Of a stretch of DNA of 43,072 nucleotides, positions 15,698 to 25,882 are shown piece after piece. How positions within the stretch are numbered: position 1 is the stretch's first letter; the number at the start of each line of letters is the position of its first letter. The translations under genes were made by a program, and so were the position numbers. The notes under the pieces were generated by a model. That model did no database searches. It was not told the DNA's origin and saw nothing but the letters and a program-made list of their open reading frames with translations. Source of the stretch: Minisyncoccota bacterium (lineage in GTDB: Bacteria > Patescibacteriota > Minisyncoccia > Phycocordibacterales > UBA5272). The stretch lies in NCBI GenBank assembly GCA_043784805.1, contig JAYVXX010000094.1, positions 1 to 43,072 of the forward strand, written 5' to 3'.

Positions 15698-17347
15698 ATG
15701 CCATACAAATATCCACAAGGCACTGCGGCGAGAACATTCCCTACAGGTACGAGGACGACATCTTCTGCTTCTAGCGCAGGCACTTCTCCACGAGCAATTT
15801 GGGCGTCAAATGATGAGCAGTTGATTGCCGGTACAGGGCAGGACGCAACTAATCAGTTCTTCAGTACTCGTGTGAAGACATCTATCGCTGGTGGAAACTG
15901 GTCAGCTATTGCGCCGGTTTATTGTGGGTCTTATTTGACAGGTTTTAAGTCTCCAATTGGGACCAATAATACTGATCGAGCAACTCTTTCTTTTACCCTA
16001 GAGCTTGGTAATGGGTCTCTTCAAAATACCTACACTTCAACAAATGCGGGCAGTACCGCCCCTTTTCAGGGGACATTCAATGGCAATGTTGATGCGGTAC
16101 TTTTACCTGGAGACATCCTAGTCGGAGACTGGATTTATCCCACAGATCTTGGGCTGACCACATTTAATTTCAGTGACCGGACTAAGCTCCCTTGGGTCAG
16201 AACGGCTTGGTCTAAGAACAGTGCGACTGATATTCTTGGAGTGTATAACTCGGCTCGTACCGAATACAACTACCCTTGTAATAGCCACATCGCTGTTTGT
16301 GATAGCTATGCTCTCGCTAAGACACTAAACCTGATTACCGGCGTTACCAACTACAACACGACGAACAACTTCTATGGTGCTGGTGGATCACAAAGCTTAC
16401 CCGCTCCTATTGGTTGGATCGGTATTCCAGCAAGTGGCCAAAAAGCAATGATCGCCATGGGGACTTCTATCCGAGATGGTGATGGCTCTGGTCTATTCCG
16501 CCAAGGTGGTGTGAATCCTTCCAACAACACGATGAGCAACTATGACCTACCAGGTTGGCCTAATCGTTTTGGTGGCAAACTCACTAGGTCAGTACCAGTT
16601 CTAAACTTCGGAGTTGGAGCCTCTACTCTATATGGTCGCTGGAGTCCTGATACCGCTGCGAACTCATGGATGGTTGGAGGATACCCTGCCTTTAATAATC
16701 AACGCCTTCTTCTTGCAAAATTTTGTTCATGGTTTGATTTGCTCATTGCTGATGATGTAAACAACGATTCGGTGGGGACATTCCCAGATAGCCTATATCA
16801 CTTCACTAGAATTATTCAGGAACAAAATCCTACAATAAAAATATATGGGGTTCGTGAACCCAATGGAGGAGTCGATATTAACGGTTCAACAGTCGCTTAT
16901 AGCGGTGGGCTTGATACGAAATGGTCAAACGAGGATTCTATGGTTACTAACGGATATTGGGACGGTATGATGACCAACAGAGAAGATATTAACACCAAAT
17001 TATTTGTCGATGCGGGTGTGCAGTTATCAAGTACTACAACCTCTAATGGGACAACTACGAGTCTTATTGATTCTGGGCAGAGCTGGTTAAATGCTCAGTG
17101 GACAAACTCCTGGATAAAGATTGGTGGAGTAAAGCAAGTCATTACTGGATGTGTTGGTACGACGATGACCTTTAATGCCTTCGCTAGTGCTGTCAATTCA
17201 GGAACAGCGTATACTATTGAGGGGAACACAACGAGCGACCAGCTGCACCCGAATACCTATGGCCAGTGGAGGATCGCAGATAACTTCGAGGCACAGCTTA
17301 CTTCAAAGGGTATTGCTCCACCATACTTTACTCGAACCCAAAGTTAA
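15698..17347 (+). CDS. Second SGNH-like hydrolase (divergent)
   Basis: The ATG at 15698 (MPYKYPQG) lies 1 nt after the upstream stop. Motifs: AMGTSIRDGDG (block I-like), ADDVNNDS (block III-like), SDQLHPNTYG (DxxH). Confidence 0.55.
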   Translation: MPYKYPQGTAARTFPTGTRTTSSASSAGTSPRAIWASNDEQLIAGTGQDATNQFFSTRVKTSIAGGNWSAIAPVYCGSYLTGFKSPIGTNNTDRATLSFTLELGNGSLQNTYTSTNAGSTAPFQGTFNGNVDAVLLPGDILVGDWIYPTDLGLTTFNFSDRTKLPWVRTAWSKNSATDILGVYNSARTEYNYPCNSHIAVCDSYALAKTLNLITGVTNYNTTNNFYGAGGSQSLPAPIGWIGIPASGQKAMIAMGTSIRDGDGSGLFRQGGVNPSNNTMSNYDLPGWPNRFGGKLTRSVPVLNFGVGASTLYGRWSPDTAANSWMVGGYPAFNNQRLLLAKFCSWFDLLIADDVNNDSVGTFPDSLYHFTRIIQEQNPTIKIYGVREPNGGVDINGSTVAYSGGLDTKWSNEDSMVTNGYWDGMMTNREDINTKLFVDAGVQLSSTTTSNGTTTSLIDSGQSWLNAQWTNSWIKIGGVKQVITGCVGTTMTFNAFASAVNSGTAYTIEGNTTSDQLHPNTYGQWRIADNFEAQLTSKGIAPPYFTRTQS

Positions 17348-17356
17348 AATAATAGA

Positions 17357-17746
17357 ATGTCAAAAGTAATAATGGAATTCAAACGTGGGGACACTGTCAC
17401 GCATTACTTTAAGTTACCGATCGCAAACTACGTTGCTGGATCGTTTCTCTTCTTTGCAGCGAAACCTCTTGTAGATAATGACTCGGTTGACACTGCGGCT
17501 GTCATTAACAAGAAGTTCACTGACTCTTCGGTGAGCCTGGTCAGTAACCCAGGGTATGCCACCTATACGCTCACCTTTGTGCCAGCAGATATTGTAGGAG
17601 TCACTTTCTTAAATGGTGAAAGTGAGAAAGACTATCTTGGAGAGTTTCAGTTTATTGCCCCTTCAGCAAACCCAATAAGTTTCCCAGCAAACAATAAGTA
17701 TATTACGGTTAAAATTTATGCTGACATCCGCCTAGCTATTACCTAG
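17357..17746 (+). CDS. Hypothetical structural protein (129 aa)
   Basis: ORF between the esterases and the fibre gene. Confidence 0.55.
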   Translation: MSKVIMEFKRGDTVTHYFKLPIANYVAGSFLFFAAKPLVDNDSVDTAAVINKKFTDSSVSLVSNPGYATYTLTFVPADIVGVTFLNGESEKDYLGEFQFIAPSANPISFPANNKYITVKIYADIRLAIT

Positions 17747-17747
17747 T

Positions 17748-20399
17748 ATGGCTGATTATCAAGTCGTCTCAGAAACTGGGCTAACAGCAATTATCTCTAC
17801 AGCGGTCCCTGTAGCTGTTCAAATACAACCGGCAGTTCCGGTTAATTTTGTTGTAGATGGTGCTCTACAAGGACTCCCAGGAGGCGCTGGGGCAACAGGC
17901 CCAGCCGGAGCAACAGGACCAGCTGGGCCAACTGGAGCCACTGGCTCTACGGGTCCTACGGGTCTTACTGGGTCCACAGGTCCCGCCGGTTCGACTGGTC
18001 CCGCTGGACCTACAGGAGCTACCGGACCAACTGGCCCACAAGGAACCCCTGGTTCATTAAGCATTATTAAAGATGAAGGTACTATTCTGTCTTCGGCTGT
18101 CACAGATGTAAACTTCGTGGGAGCTGGAGTTACCGCAACAGGGACAACTTCAGTCACGGTCACGATCCCTGGTGGTGGGGGTTCTACTCCTACAGGTACA
18201 GGATTTACTCACATCACAGCTGGTGTCCAAGACGCTGCAGCTAAACTTGTAGATACGGCAGACATTAATGCCTCACAGGTTACCTACCCTAAGATTCAGA
18301 ACGTCTCAGCATCTAATCGACTTCTTGGAAGGTCTACTGCCGCCGCAGGTGTTGTTGAAGAAATAACTGTAGGTGGAGATCTTACTCAATCAGGTTCTTC
18401 ATTCACTATCGCAAACTCGGCAGTCACCCTTCCCAAGATGGCAGATATTGTGACAACTGGTCTGATCTACCGTAAAACGGCAGGTACAGGCGTTCCGGAA
18501 GTTAATACCTTAGCCATCCTAAAAACAGACCTGGGGCTTACCGGAACAAACTCAGGGGATCAGACGATCACCCTTACAGGGGATGTTACTGGTTCAGGAA
18601 CAGGCTCATTCGCTACTGCGATGGCGAGTTCGGTTAATCTCCCGGGAAACCCTACCACAACTACTCAAACTCCTGTTGATAACTCAACAAAGATTGCAAC
18701 AACAGCATATGTAGACAATGCAGTGCTTGGACAGAACTATAAGGAAGCCGCTAAGTACGCAACAACTGCAGCCCTTGCTGCAATCGTCTATTCAAACGGA
18801 GCTTCTGGAGTCGGTGCCACTCTAACAGAGGTAAGTTTTGGAGCACTTTCAGTTGACGGCGTAACTCCTTCTGTTGGTGATCGTATCTTGGTCAAGAATC
18901 AAGCCTCTACTTTCCAGAATGGTATTTACACCGTAACGACCGTTGGATCTGTTGCTATCCTATTTGTCCTCACCCGTGCCACAGACGTTGACCAGACAAA
19001 TGAATACAAGACAGGCGATTCAGTCTTTGTAACTGCTGGAAACACCTTAACTTCGACAACCTGGGCTTATACAGGGATTGATAACCCAACAATGGGAACA
19101 ACCTCCCTGACTTTTGTCCAAGCTGCTGGTCCAGGTTCATACACTCAGGGAAATGGTATTACGATTACTGGAACCTCAATTGCAATTGACACGTCAGTCA
19201 CTGTCGATAAGACAACTGCTCAGGCTCTCACCAATAAGGATCTGACTGCAGGTACTAATACCTTCCCGACCTTCAACCAGAACACTACCGGAAGTGCTGC
19301 TAAGTGGACTACTGGTCGCACCCTTTCACTTACTGGGGACGTAACCTACACCTCACCTTCATTTGACGGATCGGCTAACGTCACTGCGGCTGCTACGATT
19401 GCCGCTGCTGCTATCACTTTAGCCAAGATGGAGAACCGTGCCACCCAGACGTTTATAGGACGTAATACAGCAGGATCTGGAGTACCTGAGGAGCTCTCGG
19501 TTGCTATTGCTAAGACAATGCTTGCCCTTACAGGGACAAATAGCGGCGATCAAACGATTACTTTGACCGGTGATGTTACCGGATCGGGTACGGGTAGTTT
19601 TGCAGCGACTGTTGCAGCTAATGCGATTACACTACCTAAGATGGCTACTGTCAGCTCTCAGGTCATCCTGGGTCGTACGACAGCCGCTACAGGAAACGTA
19701 GAGGCGCTCACGAATACTCAGGCACGATCAGTCCTCGTTCTTGGTACTACCGACATTGTACAGTTTGGAAAGATGGGACTTGGTCAGGCAAACGTAGGTG
19801 CTGCTTACCTCGAAGCAAAAACTCTTACAGCTAGTGGTATACAAGGATTCAGGGCAGAAGCCGACAATGTGGGGAATATTCAATTCTCCTCATTCCTGAC
19901 TGGTGATGCACAATTGAGGTTCTCATTCCTTGCAGATGGTACCCAGAAATGGGGATCTGGTGCAGCTGTTGCCGATACCAACCTCTATAGGAGTGCAGTA
20001 AATACTCTCAAAACCGATAACACATTGATTGTAGGAACTCCAGGAACTGTTGCGGGGTCTGCTGTCACCATTGATGGGGCACAAACAGAGACAAATAAAA
20101 CTCTTACCTCAACGACGAACAATGTTACGGCAAAAGGACTATTCTCAGCAACAACAACGGTAGATGTATCAGCGGCTACTGCTCCAATTATTGGTCAGGC
20201 ACTGATCGCTACCTCAGGAACTGCTGCCACCTGGCAAACAGTCACAGCTACCGCCCCCGATATTGCCCTCTCTATTCTAGCCCCATCTGTTAATGAAACA
20301 ATTACTGCTGGATATTCAGCGGTACTTGTAAGATCATATAAAATAGCATCAGGTAAAAAACTTACTATCGGGCTTGGTTCTCGATTTAGAATATTATAA
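17748..20399 (+). CDS. Tail fibre with a collagen-like domain and repeated modules
   Basis: 883 aa. 20 uninterrupted G-X-Y triplets (nt 17871..18053). [26 protein letters not shown] occurs twice. The motif (I/L)xGRxTAxxG..E occurs four times. Confidence 0.8.
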   Translation: MADYQVVSETGLTAIISTAVPVAVQIQPAVPVNFVVDGALQGLPGGAGATGPAGATGPAGPTGATGSTGPTGLTGSTGPAGSTGPAGPTGATGPTGPQGTPGSLSIIKDEGTILSSAVTDVNFVGAGVTATGTTSVTVTIPGGGGSTPTGTGFTHITAGVQDAAAKLVDTADINASQVTYPKIQNVSASNRLLGRSTAAAGVVEEITVGGDLTQSGSSFTIANSAVTLPKMADIVTTGLIYRKTAGTGVPEVNTLAILKTDLGLTGTNSGDQTITLTGDVTGSGTGSFATAMASSVNLPGNPTTTTQTPVDNSTKIATTAYVDNAVLGQNYKEAAKYATTAALAAIVYSNGASGVGATLTEVSFGALSVDGVTPSVGDRILVKNQASTFQNGIYTVTTVGSVAILFVLTRATDVDQTNEYKTGDSVFVTAGNTLTSTTWAYTGIDNPTMGTTSLTFVQAAGPGSYTQGNGITITGTSIAIDTSVTVDKTTAQALTNKDLTAGTNTFPTFNQNTTGSAAKWTTGRTLSLTGDVTYTSPSFDGSANVTAAATIAAAAITLAKMENRATQTFIGRNTAGSGVPEELSVAIAKTMLALTGTNSGDQTITLTGDVTGSGTGSFAATVAANAITLPKMATVSSQVILGRTTAATGNVEALTNTQARSVLVLGTTDIVQFGKMGLGQANVGAAYLEAKTLTASGIQGFRAEADNVGNIQFSSFLTGDAQLRFSFLADGTQKWGSGAAVADTNLYRSAVNTLKTDNTLIVGTPGTVAGSAVTIDGAQTETNKTLTSTTNNVTAKGLFSATTTVDVSAATAPIIGQALIATSGTAATWQTVTATAPDIALSILAPSVNETITAGYSAVLVRSYKIASGKKLTIGLGSRFRIL
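17871..18053 (+). repeat. Collagen-like G-X-Y coding repeat (20 triplets)
   Basis: [61 protein letters not shown]. Confidence 0.9.
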
Positions 20400-20412
20400 C
20401 GAAAGGAACATT

Positions 20413-21669
20413 ATGGCTGAGCTAGACCTCACTAACATTGCAAATGCCTCCATATCAACACCCCCAGCTGGTGTAACGGCGGCTTTTGTAGACACGGATA
20501 AAAAGCTGAAAGTAAAAGACGACACTGGGACTGTTTCAACAATGTACAACATGACAGCCCAGACGATAGCGACTGCTGCGGGAACGACGACACTGTTAAA
20601 CACGAGTCCCGTATTCACGGTATTCACTGGAGCCACCACCCAGACCGTCAAACTTCCTGATGCGACCACTATTCAAGCGGGTCAGGTATACCGAATCAGT
20701 AACACATCTTCAGGGCTCGTTACTGTGCAAGATGGAAATGCCGGGGCTTTGATAGTACTTAGCCAAAACGGGTCAATACTGTGTACGCTTGTAACCGCTG
20801 GTACGATTGCTGGTGTGTGGAGTGTTCGTCCTATTGGATTCTTCACTGATGGAACAGATGCTACTAAAAAGCTTGTCTTCACAGAATCAGGAGCTTCCAC
20901 TGGGACAATCCTTACTCTTGCCGATACGCAGACAACGAGTCAGACCCTGAACATTCCAAACATCACAGCGACCGATACACTGGATACCCTTGGTCTTGCT
21001 CAGAACATTACAGGTGTGAAGACGATGACGAACATGACCACGCTTGCAGGGACTACAAGTGTACCGTCAATGACCTTAACTGGAGGCACAAACCTAACCT
21101 CAGTCACCGCTGGAGCCGTAGAAAACGACTCAATTGGAGTCTACATGTCTACGAACACCACAGACGGGAGGGCTCATGTTCCTGCAAGACAGCATTTTAG
21201 GCTTACGGCTAATGGCTCAAACGTGACAACGATTGGTAACTTCTTCGGTACAACGTCAAACATTTCGCTAGTAGCTTCGGCTTACTACATGATTGAGATT
21301 GTGATGTACTTCACCAAAACAACCGCTGAAGCAGTGACTTGGACACTTACGAATAGCTCGGCTCCTACTTCTCAAAATATCTACTACGAACAGTCACCTA
21401 TTACGGGTATTGTAGCTCCTCCTGGAACAGCCACGAATCTTTTTGGACAGATCGTAAATGATGCTACAGCGGCAAAGACGATTGCAACGGGAGTACTTGT
21501 GACTGGTGTAAACCACTACGTGTATATGCGTATTGAGCTAAAGAACGGTACCGGTACATCTCTAAAGATCCAGGCAACTAACCCGACTGGATCAATTACT
21601 CCCCTCCTTGGTTCATACTGGACAGCTACCCGTATCCCTACCGGCAATACCGGAACATTTGCAGCCTAA
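20413..21669 (+). CDS. Second tail fibre / receptor-binding protein candidate
   Basis: 418 aa from the ATG at 20413 (MAELDLTNIAN). Thr/Gly/Ala-rich composition that looks beta-rich. Directly follows the fibre gene. Confidence 0.5.
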   Translation: MAELDLTNIANASISTPPAGVTAAFVDTDKKLKVKDDTGTVSTMYNMTAQTIATAAGTTTLLNTSPVFTVFTGATTQTVKLPDATTIQAGQVYRISNTSSGLVTVQDGNAGALIVLSQNGSILCTLVTAGTIAGVWSVRPIGFFTDGTDATKKLVFTESGASTGTILTLADTQTTSQTLNIPNITATDTLDTLGLAQNITGVKTMTNMTTLAGTTSVPSMTLTGGTNLTSVTAGAVENDSIGVYMSTNTTDGRAHVPARQHFRLTANGSNVTTIGNFFGTTSNISLVASAYYMIEIVMYFTKTTAEAVTWTLTNSSAPTSQNIYYEQSPITGIVAPPGTATNLFGQIVNDATAAKTIATGVLVTGVNHYVYMRIELKNGTGTSLKIQATNPTGSITPLLGSYWTATRIPTGNTGTFAA

Positions 21670-21695
21670 TAATTAGTTGGTAACTAGGAGAAATT

Positions 21696-21884
21696 ATGAC
21701 AATTGTCGAAATGCAATCTGCTCAGTGGGAAGATCTAAGTGTTATAAACAAACTTCAAGATGGGCTGAGGATTTATCAAGATAACTCAACCAGTCAAATG
21801 CAGGAGATTCAAGACCGAATGAATGAGCGACAACAACTCATCGCGGCCGAACAGAACAAGCAACTATCGAGTAAAAAGAAATAG
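21696..21884 (+). CDS. Small hypothetical protein (62 aa)
   Basis: ORF with GGAG upstream (aactaGGAGaaattATG). Confidence 0.5.
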   Translation: MTIVEMQSAQWEDLSVINKLQDGLRIYQDNSTSQMQEIQDRMNERQQLIAAEQNKQLSSKKK

Positions 21885-21914
21885 TTGTTGATACTCTGTC
21901 AATGAAGTGCGATA

Positions 21915-21944
21915 ATACCAGGGAACATACACCCTGGTATTTCT
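21915..21944 (+). terminator. Stem-loop (weak terminator or attenuator)
   Basis: ATACCAGGG, an 8-nt loop, then CCCTGGTAT, followed by TTCT. Confidence 0.35.
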
Positions 21945-21962
21945 AAATAAAAACAAAAAACC

Positions 21963-22631
21963 ATGAAGCTATCAGAGATCGTAACCTCCGTCCGTGGGCG
22001 CCTTGACGACCAGGCTTTTAGCTCTGTAACTATTACTGAGGCTGCTAACTGGCTGCAGAACGATATTTTTAGCGATACTCGCACCCGTATTATGGAAGCC
22101 TCTACCACGATTAACGCTAGTGCTGGGGCTGTCGTTGCAGACTTTCCTGATGACTTTAATACGATCATTAGTGTTTATCAGACCAGTCCAAAGACGTTTG
22201 ATCTAATGCCTATGTTCATAAATCATGCAGACTTTGTTCAGATGTTCCCCAATTATGCTACAAGAGCTTCTTCAGTCATTCAGTACTGGACGGACTTCAA
22301 TAACCAGCTTAGATTCTCAGCTCCCCTCAGTACTAATGTAGTACTGACTATGGACTATATCCGCCAGCCGGTACCTATGGTGCGTGATAGCGACGTTTGT
22401 GAGATTCCCGACCAATATAAGGAGATTATCACTAGAGGAACTCTCCTGCGCGTTATGGAGCAGAATGAGGACTATGGTGAGGCTGCCTCAGAGCGACAGA
22501 TCGTCAATGCACTTATCACGAGCTTCAAAACGAGTGAAGGAAGAGGTCAGGTAAAAACTGGTCCAGTTATCATGAAGAGTAATCGCCGACGCTACAGCCT
22601 TACTGGGCGCGGAGTTGGTGAGACATGGTAA
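21963..22631 (+). CDS. Head-to-tail adaptor / tail tubular protein A-like candidate
   Basis: 222 aa, immediately upstream of and overlapping a 684-aa protein. This size pairing is typical of podovirus adaptor and nozzle genes. No motif-level support. Confidence 0.35.
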   Translation: MKLSEIVTSVRGRLDDQAFSSVTITEAANWLQNDIFSDTRTRIMEASTTINASAGAVVADFPDDFNTIISVYQTSPKTFDLMPMFINHADFVQMFPNYATRASSVIQYWTDFNNQLRFSAPLSTNVVLTMDYIRQPVPMVRDSDVCEIPDQYKEIITRGTLLRVMEQNEDYGEAASERQIVNALITSFKTSEGRGQVKTGPVIMKSNRRRYSLTGRGVGETW

Positions 22632-24679
22632 CTCCATTCTCCCCCAAACCTATTCAGGTCCATGGTGGAGCTGAGGCTTTTAAAGACGAGGTATACAACA
22701 TATCTGGTCTCAACATGGTTACACCGGATGAACTGATTGACACTGCTACTCGTCGCTTCAACCGTCAGTACCTTGGACAAAGTCCTTACACTATCAACTC
22801 CCGGATGCTTGCTCGTGATGCTGACCAACAGCGATTTGCGATTGCGACTCGGAAAGGAAATGTCAACTTCTTTGGACTAGAGAATACTACGGATACACCA
22901 CTTGTTGTGCGTAATGTAGCGGCTCAAACTGGCGAAGTAATGTTTTCAGCTAATACTAAGATTGCGAGTCCTATCTCAGTCGGGGTATCTGCGCTCCCTT
23001 ATGGCTTCTACTGTCTTACACTTCTTGATCTGAATATCCGAAAAACTACCGGGTACATCGAAGCTATCAATGTACAGATTTGTCGAGACAGCGCAGGGGT
23101 TCCAGGTACGGTTATTGCAACTTCCTCTTTCGATGTCGGTACTGTTACCGGAAGTATAACGACTGTTAGGGCTAAATTTATGGACGCTCCAAGTCTCAAC
23201 CCAGCGGGAGAGAATCTTTGGATGGTTCTTTCACTTACAAATGCGCCTGTTGCACAGTGTTTCGTTCAGACATCAGCCGCCTCTACGGGATTAAAGATGG
23301 ATATTTCAATTCCTAGTCAATCATGGGTCTCTGGAGGAGTTAATAGTTTTATCCTTTATAATGCGCCATCTTACCGTTCTGGAATGGTCCTTGGGGCACA
23401 CCGAAGAGTTGTGACGGGAGAAACACCAACAACAATCGTGGCGACTGGTTATGGGAATCTTATAAAGTTTGATAATACCTTGGTGAATGGTCTCGTATAT
23501 AGTTATGCCCCAGGTTACAATCTAACTAACCATAAGTTTAGATTTAACCAACAAGACAACTGGACGATCTTTGTGAATGGAGTGATCCAACCCTCTTACT
23601 GGGATAATACGAGTGTGACAACCCTATCTAATGCACCAGCGGCCGCTACACACGTCCTCTCTTGGAAGAATAGACTGTTTATGGTTGTTGGGAACAAGGT
23701 TTCATTCACTGACCTACTAACCACTCTAGCTAATACTAATAGTTGGCCTGCCGTAAATTTCTTCTACCCAAACACCCCAAATGATCCTGATTACATTACG
23801 GCGATCATTATCTTCCAGGACAATATGGCCGTGTTCACCAAGGAGACGAAATATATTGTTCGCATGACCGGCGCTGGCATTTCTAGTATTACAATTACGC
23901 AGGTAAAGGGTAGTAAGGGTGCGATCTCTCAAGAGTGTGTAGCGACTGACGGGAACTATCTTTACTTCATCGCCTCTGACTACCGTATGTATAGGTTTAA
24001 TGGAGTATCTGACGCACTGATCTCCGACTTTGTTGAGCCAGAAATTCGTGCAGCACAGACTCCTGAGTTACTCAGTTCCCTACAAGTTCATAATAATATC
24101 GTTCGATACCGTTATGCCCGAACACCGAGTGCCCAAGTAGACCGGACACTGATCTTTGATGTTACCCATGGTCAGTGGTTTCTCGATACGGGAAGACCTA
24201 TCGCCTTCTCTATACAGCACAATTTGGAAGATCACCGCATCGTTGAGTTTTCCTCAAATACTACACTCGCCATGCTTGGAGATACTAATTACTCAGATAT
24301 GGGTAAGCCAATCGACTTCAAATACTGGACCAACTATAAGGCATATGGGTCAGGAATGTCTAAGAAGCGTGTCCGTCGTTTTCGACCAATTATCAAGGCT
24401 GCTGGAAATCCTTTTTATGCGAGTATCGGTAAGGATATTGACTTCAAAAATGCACCAGATATGCGCCCATACTTAGTTAGCTCTAGCGGCAATACCTTTG
24501 GGGACGGACATATCTTCGGAGATGGTTCGACTTTTGGCGGTACGAGCATGGTGAATAATTCAGCTGGAATGAGTGGACGAGGGAAACACCTTCAGTACCG
24601 ATTTGAAAAGAATGGTGTAAATACCCAGCTTATGATCTATGGGTATGGGTCACTATATAAGAGAGGAAGGAATAAATAG
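22625..24679 (+). CDS. Tail nozzle / tail tubular protein B-like candidate
   Basis: 684 aa with a composition that looks beta-rich. Called on gene order only. Confidence 0.35.
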   Translation: MVTPFSPKPIQVHGGAEAFKDEVYNISGLNMVTPDELIDTATRRFNRQYLGQSPYTINSRMLARDADQQRFAIATRKGNVNFFGLENTTDTPLVVRNVAAQTGEVMFSANTKIASPISVGVSALPYGFYCLTLLDLNIRKTTGYIEAINVQICRDSAGVPGTVIATSSFDVGTVTGSITTVRAKFMDAPSLNPAGENLWMVLSLTNAPVAQCFVQTSAASTGLKMDISIPSQSWVSGGVNSFILYNAPSYRSGMVLGAHRRVVTGETPTTIVATGYGNLIKFDNTLVNGLVYSYAPGYNLTNHKFRFNQQDNWTIFVNGVIQPSYWDNTSVTTLSNAPAAATHVLSWKNRLFMVVGNKVSFTDLLTTLANTNSWPAVNFFYPNTPNDPDYITAIIIFQDNMAVFTKETKYIVRMTGAGISSITITQVKGSKGAISQECVATDGNYLYFIASDYRMYRFNGVSDALISDFVEPEIRAAQTPELLSSLQVHNNIVRYRYARTPSAQVDRTLIFDVTHGQWFLDTGRPIAFSIQHNLEDHRIVEFSSNTTLAMLGDTNYSDMGKPIDFKYWTNYKAYGSGMSKKRVRRFRPIIKAAGNPFYASIGKDIDFKNAPDMRPYLVSSSGNTFGDGHIFGDGSTFGGTSMVNNSAGMSGRGKHLQYRFEKNGVNTQLMIYGYGSLYKRGRNK

Positions 24680-24681
24680 CC

Positions 24682-24969
24682 ATGGCACAGTACGGCTTTC
24701 AAAAAAGTATTGAAATACTTCCAGAGATTCCAGCGGGGGCAACACCTGAGCAAATGCGCCAAGTGCTTCAGGATGTTATCAATAGATTAAATACGATTCC
24801 TCAAACCACCCTATATACTGATGATACTGGGCTTCCTCGTATTTTGATCGGTTACAAGAAAGATGCCTGGGGTGCAGGTAAGCACTTCGGTATACTTGTC
24901 TCAAATACAGCTGTAGACGTGACCACAATAACATCAGCTACCGCTGCATATAGTTTGAACTTCTTGTGA
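24682..24969 (+). CDS. Hypothetical virion protein (95 aa)
   Basis: ORF starting 2 nt after the upstream stop. Confidence 0.5.
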   Translation: MAQYGFQKSIEILPEIPAGATPEQMRQVLQDVINRLNTIPQTTLYTDDTGLPRILIGYKKDAWGAGKHFGILVSNTAVDVTTITSATAAYSLNFL

Positions 24970-24996
24970 TAGAATAAAACAAAATAATACAAAACA

Positions 24997-25863
24997 ATGC
25001 CCGCACCAACTGTGCTAAACCTGCAAGACACCATCGCTCAGCTTCGTGCTGCTCAGCAGGGTAATTACGATACACTCAACCAGCAGGATAACAATCTCAC
25101 CACAAATGCAACCAATCAAACGGCTGGACTTGCGGCAAAGAAGGATCAGGCTTTTGGAGATATTACGAATAATGCGAACACTCGTGGAGCACTATTTAGC
25201 GGGTTCACTCCCGATGCACAGGCAAAGTACACTTCGGCAACCTACCTCCCAGCTCTAGCTAATCTTCAAAAAGCAATCACCGACTCTCGCACAGCTATTC
25301 AAGGTCAGCGTAATTCTCTTGATTCAAACATCAGCTCTGAAGCAATCAAGCAGGTAGAAGGAAGTAAAACAGCCTTCCAGCAGTGGCAGGATGCACAGGA
25401 TGCTGCCGCCACAGCTGCTCGTACCCACGCATCAGACCAGGCGTTCACAGCTGGTCAAAATACTCTTGATCGTGCTAATGCTCGATCGGTCGCTGGTATT
25501 AATCATGCGAATAGCGGGGGAATTACTCCCGCAGATCTTCTTGCTATGCAAAAGAACGCTCAGGCGGTTGAGAATAGCTATCATATTTCCAGGGCAACTG
25601 ACGGTGGTATTCAGGTTGGAAAATATAAGCCAGGCGATACGACTGGCTCTCTTTCTGGCTCTAATTTGTACAATTACTTGAGCGATACAGGCAATGCTAA
25701 GAATTTTCAACAGATACTTCAACAATCTAGTAATCCTGCTGATAAATCTTTTTATGCAGCGCAAGCTCCTCTCTATGCTCAATTGCAGGCAGGAAAGATT
25801 GACTTCAATACGTATCTTAGTGAAATAAGTAAGAGTGCCCCTGGCGGATTCCAGGCTTTCTAG
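24997..25863 (+). CDS. Internal virion / ejection protein candidate (Q/N/A-rich, 288 aa)
   Basis: Called on composition and its position upstream of the 1369-aa protein. Confidence 0.4.
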   Translation: MPAPTVLNLQDTIAQLRAAQQGNYDTLNQQDNNLTTNATNQTAGLAAKKDQAFGDITNNANTRGALFSGFTPDAQAKYTSATYLPALANLQKAITDSRTAIQGQRNSLDSNISSEAIKQVEGSKTAFQQWQDAQDAAATAARTHASDQAFTAGQNTLDRANARSVAGINHANSGGITPADLLAMQKNAQAVENSYHISRATDGGIQVGKYKPGDTTGSLSGSNLYNYLSDTGNAKNFQQILQQSSNPADKSFYAAQAPLYAQLQAGKIDFNTYLSEISKSAPGGFQAF

Positions 25864-25882
25864 TAATAGTATCTAAATACAA

